Below, piece after piece: positions 11,194 to 21,212 of a stretch of DNA of 64,000 bases. The DNA is taken from the NCBI GenBank assembly GCA_963790305.1, contig CAWBOC010000010.1, forward strand, positions 192,001 to 256,000, written 5' to 3'. The notes beneath the pieces were generated by a model. It was not told where the DNA came from. It saw only the letters and a program-made list of their open reading frames with translations, and ran no database searches. Source of the DNA: an uncultured Gemmatimonadaceae bacterium. GTDB taxonomy: Bacteria; Gemmatimonadota; Gemmatimonadetes; Gemmatimonadales; Gemmatimonadaceae. Within the stretch, counting starts at the first letter, position 1. Each line of letters opens with the position of its first letter. The position numbers and the translations under genes are program-made.

Positions 11194-11843
11194 GAGTCGG
11201 AATGCGGAATGCGGAATTCGGATTGCGAATGGTCATGGGAAAGATGTATGGCGGTGAATGAATGCGGAATGCGGGATCCGGATACCAGCAGTAGCGGCGA
11301 ACGCTTTATGGTCGAATTGACAGCGACTGCGCAGGTCTCCTTGGAGTCAATCCTGGGTTCACCCCATTATCTCAGGTGGGCATCAGCGTTGCAGCCCAAT
11401 GTCACCGCAGATCCGTTGTGGCGTGTGTCAGCATATCGGCTCAGTTCCTACCTCGGCGACATGGCGTGGGACGACGCACGCGCCCTGTGGCTAACGGGGT
11501 AACGCGGCCCGTCGCGTCGCAACTGTACCGAGCGGTTTGGTCTGTCTCGGCAAACATGGCGGAGGGATATAGTCGATCATCCGGCCGCGATCGGGCACGC
11601 ATCTTCGAATACGCGCTGGGGTCCGCTCGAGAAGCAGCGGTCTGGTACCAGGCCGGACGTCACGTGCTCTCTGACGAAATCCTCAGCGTTCGACGTGCAA
11701 CGCTAGCGGAAATCAGGCGGCTGCTGCTGGTGATGGTGCCAGTGGAGCGTAAGAAATGAAGCGGGCTCCGAATTCCTCCGTTCGGAGCCCTCAGACCACT
11801 CGTACCTCTCGTAGAAATCCGCATTCCGCATTCCGCATTCGAG
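11194..11843. mobile_element. Cassette bounded by inverted (GGAATGC)n heptamer repeats, carrying a four-helix-bundle gene
   Basis: Left end CGGAATGCGGAATGCGGAATTCGG; right end ATCCGCATTCCGCATTCCGCATTCGA. Sits between co-oriented sucB and lpdA. Mobility is inferred, not shown. Confidence 0.6.
11308..11759 (+). CDS. Four-helix bundle protein (23S rRNA IVS protein/TIGR02436-like), frameshift near 11490
   Basis: DPLWRVSAYRLS in one frame, then SQLYRAVWSVSANMAEGYSRSSGRDRARIFEYALGSAREAAVW (family signature) in the next frame. Confidence 0.82.
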
Positions 11844-11848
11844 CGCGA

Positions 11849-13117
11849 TCAGTCCACCAGCATTCCCCCCGGCTCCTCGACCAGCTCCTTCAGGCGCACC
11901 AGAAACAGCACCGCCTGCTGGCCATCGACGATCCGGTGATCGTACGACAGCGCCACGTACATCATCGGGCGGATCTCCACCTTGCCATCGAGCGCGACAG
12001 GGCGGTCCTGGATCTTGTGCAGGCCGAGAATTCCCGACTGCGGGGAGTTGAGGATCGGGGTCGACACCAGCGAGCCGAAGACGCCGCCGTTCGTGATCGT
12101 GAACGTGCCACCGGTGAGATCGTCCATCGAGAGCTTGCCGTCGCGCGCGCGCTTCGCGACGTCGATGATGTCGCGGGAGATCTGTAGCAATCCCTTCGTG
12201 TCGGCGTCCTTGATCACCGGAACGACCAGCCCCTGGTCCGAGGCGACCGCGACGCCCATGTGGACGTAGTGCTTGTAGACGATGGAGTCGCCGTCGATCT
12301 GCGCATTGACGATCGGATACGACTTCAGCGCCATGCACGCCGCGCGCACGAAGAAGGGCATGAAGGTGAGCTTGACGCCTTGCTCTTTCTCGATGCGCTC
12401 CTTCAAGCGGTCGCGCAGGCGCATCACCGCGGTCATGTCGACTTCGTTGAACGTCGTGAGATGCGCCGTACTGCGCTGCGCCTCGAGCAGGTGCTCCGCG
12501 ATGCGCTTGCGGCGCGTCGACATCTTCTCGCGCGTTTCTCGAGAACCGGAAGGCGCGGGGGACTTAGGCGCTGGAGGCGCTGAAGGCGCTGGCGGGGCCG
12601 GCGGCGTTGCGGGCGCCGAGGGCGCCACACGACCGGGCGCCGTCGCCGACGCGGCGAGCATGTCGCCCTTGGTGACGCGGCCATCACGGCCGGTTCCCTC
12701 CACCTGCGCCGGGTCGACTCCCGTCTCGGCAGCGACGCGCCGAACGGACGGGGACGTCTTCGTCTCTCCGCCTCCGGCGCGTGGTGGAGCGGGTGCCGGC
12801 GCAGCCGGCGCCGACGGCGCTCCTTCCGTCCTCGTCGCAGCCGGCGCTTGCTGCGCGGTCGCGCCGGCGGCTGCCGGCACGGCCGCCTCGTCGAGCTCGC
12901 CCAGGGTCTCGCCGACCTTCACGACGTCGCCGTCATTCTTGAGGCGCTTCGCGAGGACCCCCGACGCCGGCGCGGGCACCTCGACGTTGATCTTGTCCGT
13001 CTCGAGCTCGACGAGCGCGTCACCCTTCTGCACGGCGTCGCCCTCGTTCTTGAGCCACCGCGCGATCGTTCCTTCGACAATGGATTCGCCGAGAGCCGGC
13101 ACCTGAATCGCAGTCAT
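11849..13117 (-). CDS. sucB: 2-oxoglutarate dehydrogenase E2, dihydrolipoamide succinyltransferase
   Basis: Lipoyl domain ELETDKINVEV, E3-binding TSPSVRR..GTGRDGRVTKGD, catalytic SYDHRIVDG. Start MTAIQVPALGES at 13117. Confidence 0.93.
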   Translation of the reverse strand: MTAIQVPALGESIVEGTIARWLKNEGDAVQKGDALVELETDKINVEVPAPASGVLAKRLKNDGDVVKVGETLGELDEAAVPAAAGATAQQAPAATRTEGAPSAPAAPAPAPPRAGGGETKTSPSVRRVAAETGVDPAQVEGTGRDGRVTKGDMLAASATAPGRVAPSAPATPPAPPAPSAPPAPKSPAPSGSRETREKMSTRRKRIAEHLLEAQRSTAHLTTFNEVDMTAVMRLRDRLKERIEKEQGVKLTFMPFFVRAACMALKSYPIVNAQIDGDSIVYKHYVHMGVAVASDQGLVVPVIKDADTKGLLQISRDIIDVAKRARDGKLSMDDLTGGTFTITNGGVFGSLVSTPILNSPQSGILGLHKIQDRPVALDGKVEIRPMMYVALSYDHRIVDGQQAVLFLVRLKELVEEPGGMLVD

Positions 13118-13205
13118 GATGCAGTGATCCCCGAGTGTGCTTCCGATTGCTCGCCGCCACGTGCCGGCATAGGATTCTGCCGAAAATATAACCCCGAGTC
13201 TTCGC

Positions 13206-14249
13206 GTGCGAGCACTGACGATCTCCGCCCACGGTGGGCTGGAGCAGCTGCAATATCGAACGGACGTCGTCGAGCCGGTCATTCGCGCTCCCGACGAGGT
13301 GCGGATCCGCATCCGTGCGGCGGCGCTCAATCGTCTCGATCTGTTCGTGGTCGAAGGGCTCCCCGGCGTCGTCATCACGCCGCCCTGGATCATGGGCGGT
13401 GATGGGGCCGGCCTCGTGGACGACATCGGGTCCGCGGTCAAGGGAATCCGTCGTGGCGACCGCGTCATCATCAATCCGGGGATCTCGGATCGTACCTGCG
13501 AATACTGCATCAAGGGCGAGCAGTCGCTGTGCATCAAGTACCGGCTGCTCGGCGAGCACCTGCCGGGGACGATCGCCGATTACGTCGTCGTGCCCGCGAC
13601 CAACGTGCGCATCATCCCCGACTCGATTCCCTGGGATGCGGCAGCGGCGTTCAGCCTCGCGACGCTCACGGCGTGGCGCATGGTGGTCACGCGTGCACGG
13701 GTTCAGCGCGGCGATAACGTACTCATCTGGGGGATCGGAGGCGGCGTCGCGCTGGCCGCGATGCAAATCGCGACGATGTTTGGCGCAACGACGTGGGTGA
13801 CGTCCGGCAATGACGACAAGCTTCGGCGCGCCAAAGCACTGGGCGCCGATGAAACGCTCAATCATCGGACGCAGGATGTCGCGAAGGAGATCCGGACGCG
13901 CACCGGCAAGCGGGGCGTCGACGTCGTCATCGACAATGTGGGAAAGGACACCTGGGCGCGATCGCTGCAGGCGCTCGGACGCCGCGGTCGGCTGGTGACG
14001 TGCGGCGCGACGTCGGGGCCGTTCGTCGAGACCGACATCCGCCGCATGTTCTGGAACCAGTGGTCTCTGATGGGCTCGACGATGGGCAACGATGACGAGA
14101 TGGATTCCATCACCCAGCACCTGCGCGAGGGACGCCTTCTCCCGCCCATTGATTCGGTCCACGACCTCGAGCGAGGTGCGGAGGCCGTTCACCGCCTCGC
14201 GAGCGGGAAACACTTTGGCAAGGTCGTCGTACGGGTGAGTGAAGACTGA
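13206..14249 (+). CDS. Zinc-binding MDR family alcohol dehydrogenase/quinone oxidoreductase
   Basis: AALNRLD, CEYC..C structural Zn lobe, WGIGGGVA Rossmann motif, GKHFGKVVV. Confidence 0.9.
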   Translation: MRALTISAHGGLEQLQYRTDVVEPVIRAPDEVRIRIRAAALNRLDLFVVEGLPGVVITPPWIMGGDGAGLVDDIGSAVKGIRRGDRVIINPGISDRTCEYCIKGEQSLCIKYRLLGEHLPGTIADYVVVPATNVRIIPDSIPWDAAAAFSLATLTAWRMVVTRARVQRGDNVLIWGIGGGVALAAMQIATMFGATTWVTSGNDDKLRRAKALGADETLNHRTQDVAKEIRTRTGKRGVDVVIDNVGKDTWARSLQALGRRGRLVTCGATSGPFVETDIRRMFWNQWSLMGSTMGNDDEMDSITQHLREGRLLPPIDSVHDLERGAEAVHRLASGKHFGKVVVRVSED

Positions 14250-14252
14250 GAG

Positions 14253-14340
14253 CCGAATTCGGAATGCGGAAGACGGATACCGGCGATACCGAATCGCGGC
14301 GTCTCAGCTGCCATTCCGCATTCCGAATTCCGCATTCGAG
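14253..14340. repeat. Empty palindrome of the GGAATGC heptamer family
   Basis: CCGAATTCGGAATGCGGAA ... CCATTCCGCATTCCGAATTCCGCATTCGAG; the right end matches that of the 11194-11843 cassette. Confidence 0.8.
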
Positions 14341-14351
14341 GGACACGACCC

Positions 14352-14870
14352 GTGAGTCGTATTGAGGAAATGATCGCCGTCGGCGCAACGATTCCGCAGG
14401 CCATGCATCACCTGCTGACGGTCGAGCGCATGCGCGCGTGGATCGCGCCGGATATGGCGCTGCTGGCCCGCGGGGCGTCGCCAACCCTCTCGCCGGGCGA
14501 TCGGTTCCGCCTCGAGGCGTTGGGCGCGGTCGGATTCGACTACGTCGTCGAGGCGATCACCGATCGTGAGGTGGTGCTGTCGTTCGAGGGGCCGTGGACG
14601 GGAAGCGAGCGATGGAGCTTCGTCGCCGACGGGGCGGAGACCATCGTACGACGCGCGTACGACGTCACCGACGACTCGGTCGCGGCCTGGACCGTGTGGA
14701 ACACGATCGGGCGCCCGCTCGTGCTCGCGCATTACAAATTCGAGCTATCGCGGTTTCGCGAGGCGGTGGAGCGGGAGCCGGGTCCGCGAGGGGAGATCGA
14801 AGGACGGCCGGAGGCCGCGCAACCGGCGAAGCGCCTGGAGCCGCTCGATTTCCCCGTCGACGAGGGATGA
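14352..14870 (+). CDS. SRPBCC/START-like protein
   Basis: Pattern IEE.I.V.A.....L...WI-P with beta strands and a C-terminal helix; weak motif evidence only. Confidence 0.6.
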   Translation: MSRIEEMIAVGATIPQAMHHLLTVERMRAWIAPDMALLARGASPTLSPGDRFRLEALGAVGFDYVVEAITDREVVLSFEGPWTGSERWSFVADGAETIVRRAYDVTDDSVAAWTVWNTIGRPLVLAHYKFELSRFREAVEREPGPRGEIEGRPEAAQPAKRLEPLDFPVDEG

Positions 14871-15091
14871 CCGAGCAGGCGCAGTACGAGTCCGACGAGC
14901 AGCGAGTGATTCGCGAGAGCTGGGTGCGCGATTCCGCGGCGACCTGCCCACGCTGTGGCGTCGCCATGACCTCTCGCCCGATCGGCGGAGGCTCCTTCGG
15001 CCTGGGCTATGCGCGTCGGCGAACCTGGCTGATCTGCCCTTCCTGTCGCCGAAGCGTCATCTTCGACCGGGCACGGGGAACCAGGACCTGA
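14867..15091 (+). CDS. Small zinc-ribbon protein
   Basis: CPRC...CPSC; ATGA overlap with the upstream gene. Confidence 0.7.
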   Translation: MTEQAQYESDEQRVIRESWVRDSAATCPRCGVAMTSRPIGGGSFGLGYARRRTWLICPSCRRSVIFDRARGTRT

Positions 15092-15135
15092 GTACATATT
15101 CCTGTTCCTGATTCCCGGTCCTGACACCCCACTTC

Positions 15136-15888
15136 ATGGATTTCGCCGAGCGTCTCCGCGCCTCCTTCGCCGATCTCGGGCAGCTGCTTCCCGCGCTGAT
15201 CGGCGCGCTCATCATCGTCTTCGCGGGATACCTGCTCGCGAAGCTGCTCGAGAAGGGGATCGATCGCACCCTGGCCAGAGTGGGACTGAACCGCTGGCTC
15301 GAGCGCGGCGGCGTCATGGACGCCATGGCGAAGACGGGCCGGCGCTTCACGCCATCGCAGGTATTCGCGAACATCGTGTTCTGGCTCGTCATGTTCGTGG
15401 TGCTGACGGTCGCCGCCAACGCGCTCGGCCTAACGGCGCTGGCGGAGGTGTTCAGCGAGCTGGTGAGCTATCTGCCGAGCGTGATCGCGGCAATCATCAT
15501 CATTCTCGTCGGGATCGTGCTGGGGGAGTTCGTCGACGGGTTGATCCTGGCCTCCGCGGGAAAGATCCACGGCGGTCCCACGCTGGCGCGGGTCGGGCAG
15601 GCGGGGGTCGTCATGCTGGCGGTGTTCATGGCTCTCCAGCAGCTGGGAATCGCCACGAACATCGTCACGACCGCGTTCGCGATCCTGTTCGGCGCCGTCG
15701 CGCTCGGTCTGGCGCTGGCCTTCGGTCTCGGGAACCGTGACCTGGCAGGGAGAATCACCCGCGAGTGGTACGAGCGCATGCGGGCCGAGCGGGAGGCAAT
15801 CGCTCGTGAGGTGGCGGAGCGTGACGTGCGGGACGACGTCGAGCGACGCCAACTGGAATCGGCGGGGAAGGACGGTCCACGCGAGTGA
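15136..15888 (+). CDS. TM-helix repeat membrane protein (mechanosensitive channel/CmpX-like)
   Basis: Repeated LP.(L/V)I.A..I...G segments and ALAFGLG motif; multiple TM helices. Confidence 0.8.
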   Translation: MDFAERLRASFADLGQLLPALIGALIIVFAGYLLAKLLEKGIDRTLARVGLNRWLERGGVMDAMAKTGRRFTPSQVFANIVFWLVMFVVLTVAANALGLTALAEVFSELVSYLPSVIAAIIIILVGIVLGEFVDGLILASAGKIHGGPTLARVGQAGVVMLAVFMALQQLGIATNIVTTAFAILFGAVALGLALAFGLGNRDLAGRITREWYERMRAEREAIAREVAERDVRDDVERRQLESAGKDGPRE

Positions 15889-15897
15889 TCTCTTCGC

Positions 15898-15925
15898 TTG
15901 ACAACCTCGCGAATCCCTGTATGCT
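15898..15925 (+). promoter_or_regulatory. Sigma70-type promoter
   Basis: TTGACA-N16-TATGCT upstream of the ORF at 16043. Confidence 0.55.
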
Positions 15926-16042
15926 CTAAATCCGGGCGCCATCGAAAGTCGGCCCCTGTGATCGCTGCTCGCCTGCCTCGAGGTCGTATTGACGCCCTCC
16001 TCGGACACCCGAGCTCCGGACCTCTGAGCCGGACGGTGTCTC

Positions 16043-16342
16043 ATGTCTGACGAAAGAGCAGCTTCGACCGCGTTTTCTCGCTCCCGGTCGGCCGTACTCC
16101 AGGAAATCGCGATGGTCATCAGGCACTGCCCGGACAGTCCTGATGCAGAGAGCGAGCTTGGCGTGGCCGCGCGGCTCCTCTCCGAAGACACGCGGCGCCG
16201 ATCGCTTCCGATCGAGCGAGCGATCATCGACCTCAAGACAGCGCTGCTCGCCGAGGCTCCCGATCTCGCGGCGGTCGACTCCATGTCGGCGAAGCGCGCG
16301 CGCGTCATCCGGATGACCATCGAGGAGTACTATCGCTCGTAG
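16043..16342 (+). CDS. Small helical hypothetical protein
   Basis: ORF downstream of a good promoter; PIERAIIDLK and IRMTIEEYY helices; no family recognised. Confidence 0.65.
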   Translation: MSDERAASTAFSRSRSAVLQEIAMVIRHCPDSPDAESELGVAARLLSEDTRRRSLPIERAIIDLKTALLAEAPDLAAVDSMSAKRARVIRMTIEEYYRS

Positions 16343-16454
16343 TCCGGGATGACTGGTCGGTAACAGCATCCGAACAGGTTGGTACGTTCAGAGAGCGTGG
16401 CGCCCATGCCGCGCTCTCCGCATGTTGTCCCTGTCCCTTGCCGGAGCCGCTCGC

Positions 16455-18353
16455 ATGATGAAGCGCGTTTTCCTCGCTGCCCTCTTCACGGCGGCCCCCC
16501 TCGCCGCGCAGCAAGAAGACGACACGCTCTACGTCCGGAACAACTTCGTGAAGCGCGAGGCGCGCATCCCCATGCGCGATGGCGTCCACCTCTTCACGAC
16601 GATCTACGTTCCCAAGGACACCGCGCAGCGGCATCCGATCCTGTTGCGACGGACGCCCTATTCGGCCGGCCCGTACGGTGACACGAACTACGTGCAGCTC
16701 GGCGGCTTTCTGCTGGCAATGGCACAGCAGGGATACATCATCGCGTTCCAGGACGTGCGTGGCCGCTTCATGTCGGAGGGCGAATTCGTCGACGTGCGCC
16801 CGCAGGTGACGACCGCGCAGGGCGCGGCTCCGCGAGCGACCAACGGCGGCGCGGCACCGATCGACGAGAGCACGGACACCTGGGACACGATCGACTGGCT
16901 GGTGAAGAACGTCCCGGCAAACAACGGACGCGTCGCCATGCAGGGTGTGTCCTATCCCGGGTTCTACTCGGCGACCGGGGGGATCAATCACCATCCGGCG
17001 CTGCGGGTGATCTCGCCGCAGGCGCCGGTGGCCGACTGGTTCATCGGCGACGACTTTCACCACAACGGTGCCCTCTACCTGGCGCACACCTTCCACTTCT
17101 TCTCGGGGTTCGGGCAGCCGCGTCCCGCTCCGACCGCGGAAGGTCGGCGAGGAATGAACATCGGAACGCCCGACGGCTACCAATTCTTCTTGAACCTCGG
17201 GCCGCTGCCTAACGTCAAGGCGAGGTGGTACGGCGACAGCATCCGCTTCTGGAACGATGTCGTGGCGCATCCCACCTACGACGCCTTCTGGAAGGCGCGT
17301 AACCTGCTGCCGCATCTCCGGAACATGCCGCCGGCGGTCATGACCGTCGGCGGATGGTACGACGCGGAGGACCTGTACGGGCCGCTCAAGGTCTATCAGT
17401 CGATCGAGGAGAAGAATCCCGGCATCACGAACATGCTGGTGATGGGTCCGTGGTTTCATGGGCAATGGTCGGGCGGGCCAGGTGACGCGCTCGGCGCCGT
17501 GCGCTACCCGCCGACGGGACCGTATTTCCGGGACAGCATCGCGATTCCGTTCTTCAATCACTTCATGAAGGATGGGCCGGATCCGAAACTGCCCGAGGCG
17601 ATCGTGTTCGAAGCGGGCGCGAACCGGTGGCGGCGATTCGATGCCTGGCCGCCGCGCGGAGTGCGCCGGCGCTCGCTCCACCTTCGCGAGTCGGGAGGGT
17701 TGTCGTTCGAGGCGCCAACAGCGGTGCGTGCAGCTGCCGACGACTTCGTGAGCGACCCCGCGCATCCCGTGCCCTATGTCGGCTACGTCACGCCAGGGAT
17801 GAGCATCGAGCACATGGTGGATGACCAGCGCTTTGCGGCCACGCGAGCGGACGTGCTCGTGTACCAGACGCCGCCGCTCACGGAAGATGTGACGATCGCG
17901 GGTCCGATCACGGCGACGCTCTGGGTGTCCACGACAGGCACCGACGCCGACTGGGTCGTGAAGGTGATCGACGTCTACCCGGATAGCCTTCCCACGCTCG
18001 ATCCCGAGCTCTGGGCTTCGCAGAGGATCCGGTTAGGCGGCTATCAACAGCTCGTTCGGGGCGAGCTTTTTCGAGGACGATTCCGCAACTCGTTCGAGCG
18101 TCCCGAGGCGTTCGTCCCGGGTCGGGTCACGAAGGTCGAATACGAGCTCCCCGATGTCTTTCATACGTTCCAGCGCGGGCATCGCATCATGATCCAGGTG
18201 CAAAGCTCCTGGTTCCCGCTGGTCGATCGCAACCCGCAGACGTTCGTCGACATCTACCAGGCCAAGGAGAGCGATTTCAGAAAGGCGACGCACCGCGTGC
18301 ATCGCACTCGTGCGCAGGCGTCGCGAGTGACGGTCGGGGTTCTATCGCCGTAG
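16455..18353 (+). CDS. CocE/NonD family hydrolase (alpha-amino acid ester hydrolase-like)
   Basis: IPMRDGVHL, RTPY, QDVRGRFMSEG, GVSYPG nucleophile, GGWYDAED, GPWFHG. Confidence 0.93.
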   Translation: MMKRVFLAALFTAAPLAAQQEDDTLYVRNNFVKREARIPMRDGVHLFTTIYVPKDTAQRHPILLRRTPYSAGPYGDTNYVQLGGFLLAMAQQGYIIAFQDVRGRFMSEGEFVDVRPQVTTAQGAAPRATNGGAAPIDESTDTWDTIDWLVKNVPANNGRVAMQGVSYPGFYSATGGINHHPALRVISPQAPVADWFIGDDFHHNGALYLAHTFHFFSGFGQPRPAPTAEGRRGMNIGTPDGYQFFLNLGPLPNVKARWYGDSIRFWNDVVAHPTYDAFWKARNLLPHLRNMPPAVMTVGGWYDAEDLYGPLKVYQSIEEKNPGITNMLVMGPWFHGQWSGGPGDALGAVRYPPTGPYFRDSIAIPFFNHFMKDGPDPKLPEAIVFEAGANRWRRFDAWPPRGVRRRSLHLRESGGLSFEAPTAVRAAADDFVSDPAHPVPYVGYVTPGMSIEHMVDDQRFAATRADVLVYQTPPLTEDVTIAGPITATLWVSTTGTDADWVVKVIDVYPDSLPTLDPELWASQRIRLGGYQQLVRGELFRGRFRNSFERPEAFVPGRVTKVEYELPDVFHTFQRGHRIMIQVQSSWFPLVDRNPQTFVDIYQAKESDFRKATHRVHRTRAQASRVTVGVLSP

Positions 18354-18423
18354 GGCCTTCGCGCGACGGCATTCCATGGGCATAACTGCCTACTACACAA
18401 TAACTTAGCGAAGCACGCCGGCG

Positions 18424-18452
18424 TTGATTTACGGCGCTCGCGCGGCTATATT
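18424..18452 (+). promoter_or_regulatory. Putative gyrA promoter
   Basis: TTGATT-N17-TATATT, 47 nt upstream of the start codon. Confidence 0.55.
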
Positions 18453-18499
18453 TCGGGCTCCGCGACCGCGGCGAAATTCGTCTCCCCCCGCAGCAGCCC

Positions 18500-21019
18500 A
18501 TGACCGCTCCGAACAACCGCGAACGGATCGTTTCCCGCCTCATCGACGAGGAGATCCGCGAGTCGTTCATCAACTATTCGATGAGCGTGATCGTCTCGCG
18601 CGCCCTCCCGGACGTGCGCGACGGACTCAAGCCCGTCCACCGTCGCGTGCTGTACGCGATGAACGAGCTCGGCCTCGTGCCAGGCCGTCCCTACAAGAAG
18701 TCGGCAACCGTCGTCGGCAATGTGTTAGGCAAATACCATCCGCATGGAGACACATCGGTCTACGATGCCCTCGTGCGCATGGTGCAGGACTTTTCGCTGC
18801 GCTATCCGCTCGTCAATGGACAGGGGAACTTCGGATCGGTCGACGGTGACCCGCCGGCGGCCTATCGATACACCGAGGCGCGGCTCACGCGCATCGCGAT
18901 GGAGATGCTCGCCGACATCGACAAGGCGACGGTCGATTTCGCGCCGAACTTCAATGATCGACTCCAGGAGCCCAAGGTTCTCCCCTCGGGCATTCCCAAT
19001 CTCATCGTCAACGGCTCGGCCGGTATCGCCGTCGGCATGGCGACGAACATTCCGCCGCATAACCTGCGCGAGGTCGTCAACGCGATCGGCGTCCTGATCG
19101 ACAACCCCGAGGCGACGACGGGCGACCTGCGCCGCCACATCAAGGGGCCAGACTTCCCCACCGGCGGCTACATCTACGGAAAATCCGGGATCAAGGAATA
19201 CCAGGAGTCGGGACGCGGCCGCATCGTCATGCGCGCTCGGGCCGTGATCGAGGAGAAGGAGTCATCGAACAAGTCGCAGATCGTCGTCACCGAGATCCCC
19301 TACCAGGTCAACAAGGCGCGCCTGGTCGAGAACATCGCCGAGCTGGTGCGCGACAAGAAGATGGACGGGATCAGCGACCTGCGTGACGAGTCGGATCGGG
19401 ACGGCATGCGGGTGGTGATCGAGCTCAAGCGCGACGCGATTCCGCGCGTGGTGCTCAACCAGCTCTACAAGCACACGCAGATGCAGGCGACGTTCGGCGT
19501 CATCATGCTGGCGCTGGTGCCGGACGCGGGAACGAAGCAGCTCGTGCCGAAGGTGATGGGGCTCAAGGAGATCCTCGAGCACTTCATCGCCCACCGCCAC
19601 GACGTCATCGTCAAGCGCACGCAGTTCGACCTCGACAAGGCGCTCGAGCGCGAGCACATCCTCGAGGGTCTCAAGATCGCCGTCGACAACATCGACGAAG
19701 TGATCAAGATCATCCGCAAGGCCGAGGACACGCCCGAGGCGAGCGACAAGCTCCAAAAGCGCTTCAAGCTCTCCGAGAAGCAGTCCGAGGCGATCCTCAA
19801 CATGCGCCTCGCGAAGCTCACCGGCCTCGAGATCGAGAAGCTCGAGGAGGAGCTCAAGGAGGTTCGCGGGATGATCAAGGAGTTCCGCGAGATCCTCGCC
19901 TCGAAGCCCCGCCGGATGAGAATCCTCAAGGACGAGCTCGCGAAGCTCGCCGAGACGTACGGTGATGAGCGGCGCACCGAGATCACGAGCGACGAAGGCG
20001 AGTTCACGATCGAAGACCTGATCGCCGAGGAGGACATGGTCGTCACCGTGTCGCACTCGGGGTACGTGAAGCGCACGTCCGTGTCGACGTATCGCAAGCA
20101 GCGTCGAGGCGGGCGGGGCCTCAACGGTCAGGGGCTCAAGGATGAGGATTTCGTCGAGCACCTCTTCATCGCATCCACGCACGACTACATCCTCGTCTTC
20201 ACCGAGGACGGTCGCTGCTTCTGGCTCAAGGTGCACGAGATCCCGCAGGCCGGCCGCGCGGCGAAGGGCAAACCGATCGTCAACCTCATCAACGTCACCG
20301 CCGACACGAAGATTTCGGCCATGGTGCCGGTGCGGGAGTTTCGCGACGATCAGTTCCTGCTCTTCGTGACGAAGGGCGGCACGGTGAAGAAAACCGCGCT
20401 CTCGCAGTACGCGAATCCGCGCACGACCGGCATCAAGGCGATCAAGATCGAGTCCGGGGACGAGCTGTGGGACGTACAGATCACCTCGGGCACGAACGAC
20501 ATCGTGCTGGCGACGAAGCACGGCCTGTCGATTCGCTTCCATGAAGCCGACGTGCGGGAAATGGGTCGCGACACGACGGGCGTGAAGGGCGTCGAGCTCG
20601 CCAAGGACGACGAGGTCATCGGGATGGTCGTCGTCAAGCGCGAGGCCACGCTGCTCGTCGTAACCTCGAAGGGGATGGGCAAGTGCACCGGCATCGACGA
20701 GTACCGGGTTCAGAAACGGGGCGGGAAGGGGATCATCACCGTGCACCGCACCGAGAAAACGGGTGACGTCGTCGCCCTCATGGAAGTGCTGTCAGACGAC
20801 GAGCTCATGTTGATCACGAAGCTCGGGATCATCATCAGAATGCCAGTGAAGGGAATCCGCGTGAGCGGGCGCAACACCCAGGGCGTGCGCCTCGTCAATC
20901 TCGACGAGGGCGACCTGGTGATGGATGTCGCCCGCGTCGTCTCCGATGACGATCGGTCGGAGGTCCTGGACGGCGAGGAGCCGGCAGGAGTCGCTCCCGA
21001 CGAGGATGAGGAGGAGTAA
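18500..21019 (+). CDS. gyrA: DNA gyrase subunit A
   Basis: [22 protein letters not shown], catalytic AAYRYTE, GyrA-box QRRGGRG, CTD blades and acidic tail. Confidence 0.98.
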   Translation: MTAPNNRERIVSRLIDEEIRESFINYSMSVIVSRALPDVRDGLKPVHRRVLYAMNELGLVPGRPYKKSATVVGNVLGKYHPHGDTSVYDALVRMVQDFSLRYPLVNGQGNFGSVDGDPPAAYRYTEARLTRIAMEMLADIDKATVDFAPNFNDRLQEPKVLPSGIPNLIVNGSAGIAVGMATNIPPHNLREVVNAIGVLIDNPEATTGDLRRHIKGPDFPTGGYIYGKSGIKEYQESGRGRIVMRARAVIEEKESSNKSQIVVTEIPYQVNKARLVENIAELVRDKKMDGISDLRDESDRDGMRVVIELKRDAIPRVVLNQLYKHTQMQATFGVIMLALVPDAGTKQLVPKVMGLKEILEHFIAHRHDVIVKRTQFDLDKALEREHILEGLKIAVDNIDEVIKIIRKAEDTPEASDKLQKRFKLSEKQSEAILNMRLAKLTGLEIEKLEEELKEVRGMIKEFREILASKPRRMRILKDELAKLAETYGDERRTEITSDEGEFTIEDLIAEEDMVVTVSHSGYVKRTSVSTYRKQRRGGRGLNGQGLKDEDFVEHLFIASTHDYILVFTEDGRCFWLKVHEIPQAGRAAKGKPIVNLINVTADTKISAMVPVREFRDDQFLLFVTKGGTVKKTALSQYANPRTTGIKAIKIESGDELWDVQITSGTNDIVLATKHGLSIRFHEADVREMGRDTTGVKGVELAKDDEVIGMVVVKREATLLVVTSKGMGKCTGIDEYRVQKRGGKGIITVHRTEKTGDVVALMEVLSDDELMLITKLGIIIRMPVKGIRVSGRNTQGVRLVNLDEGDLVMDVARVVSDDDRSEVLDGEEPAGVAPDEDEEE

Positions 21020-21048
21020 GGAAGGCACGGACGCCCAATGCAATGGAG

Positions 21049-21087
21049 AAACAGAGAGCGCGCAGTCAGCGCTCTCTGTTTTTTTTT
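21049..21087 (+). terminator. Intrinsic terminator after gyrA
   Basis: AAACAGAGAGCGC-GCAGTCA-GCGCTCTCTGTTT followed by a T-run. Confidence 0.85.
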
Positions 21088-21212
21088 GATCTTCCGCCGC
21101 CCGGCCCCCTCCTTGCGTGCACTTTTCAGGCTCAGCGCGGTGGCGGGTCGTGAGAACCTCTCGTCGATGCGCCCCAGGCCCGCGTGCATTGGCTGGAGAG
21201 GGAATAGTGACG

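Noticed and set aside
11308..11759. Diversity-generating retroelement (Avd-like gene)
   Set aside because: No reverse transcriptase or TR/VR pair is visible in the window.
18500..21019. parC assignment, or significance of gyrA without gyrB
   Set aside because: The GyrA-box is present, and split gyrA/gyrB loci are common.
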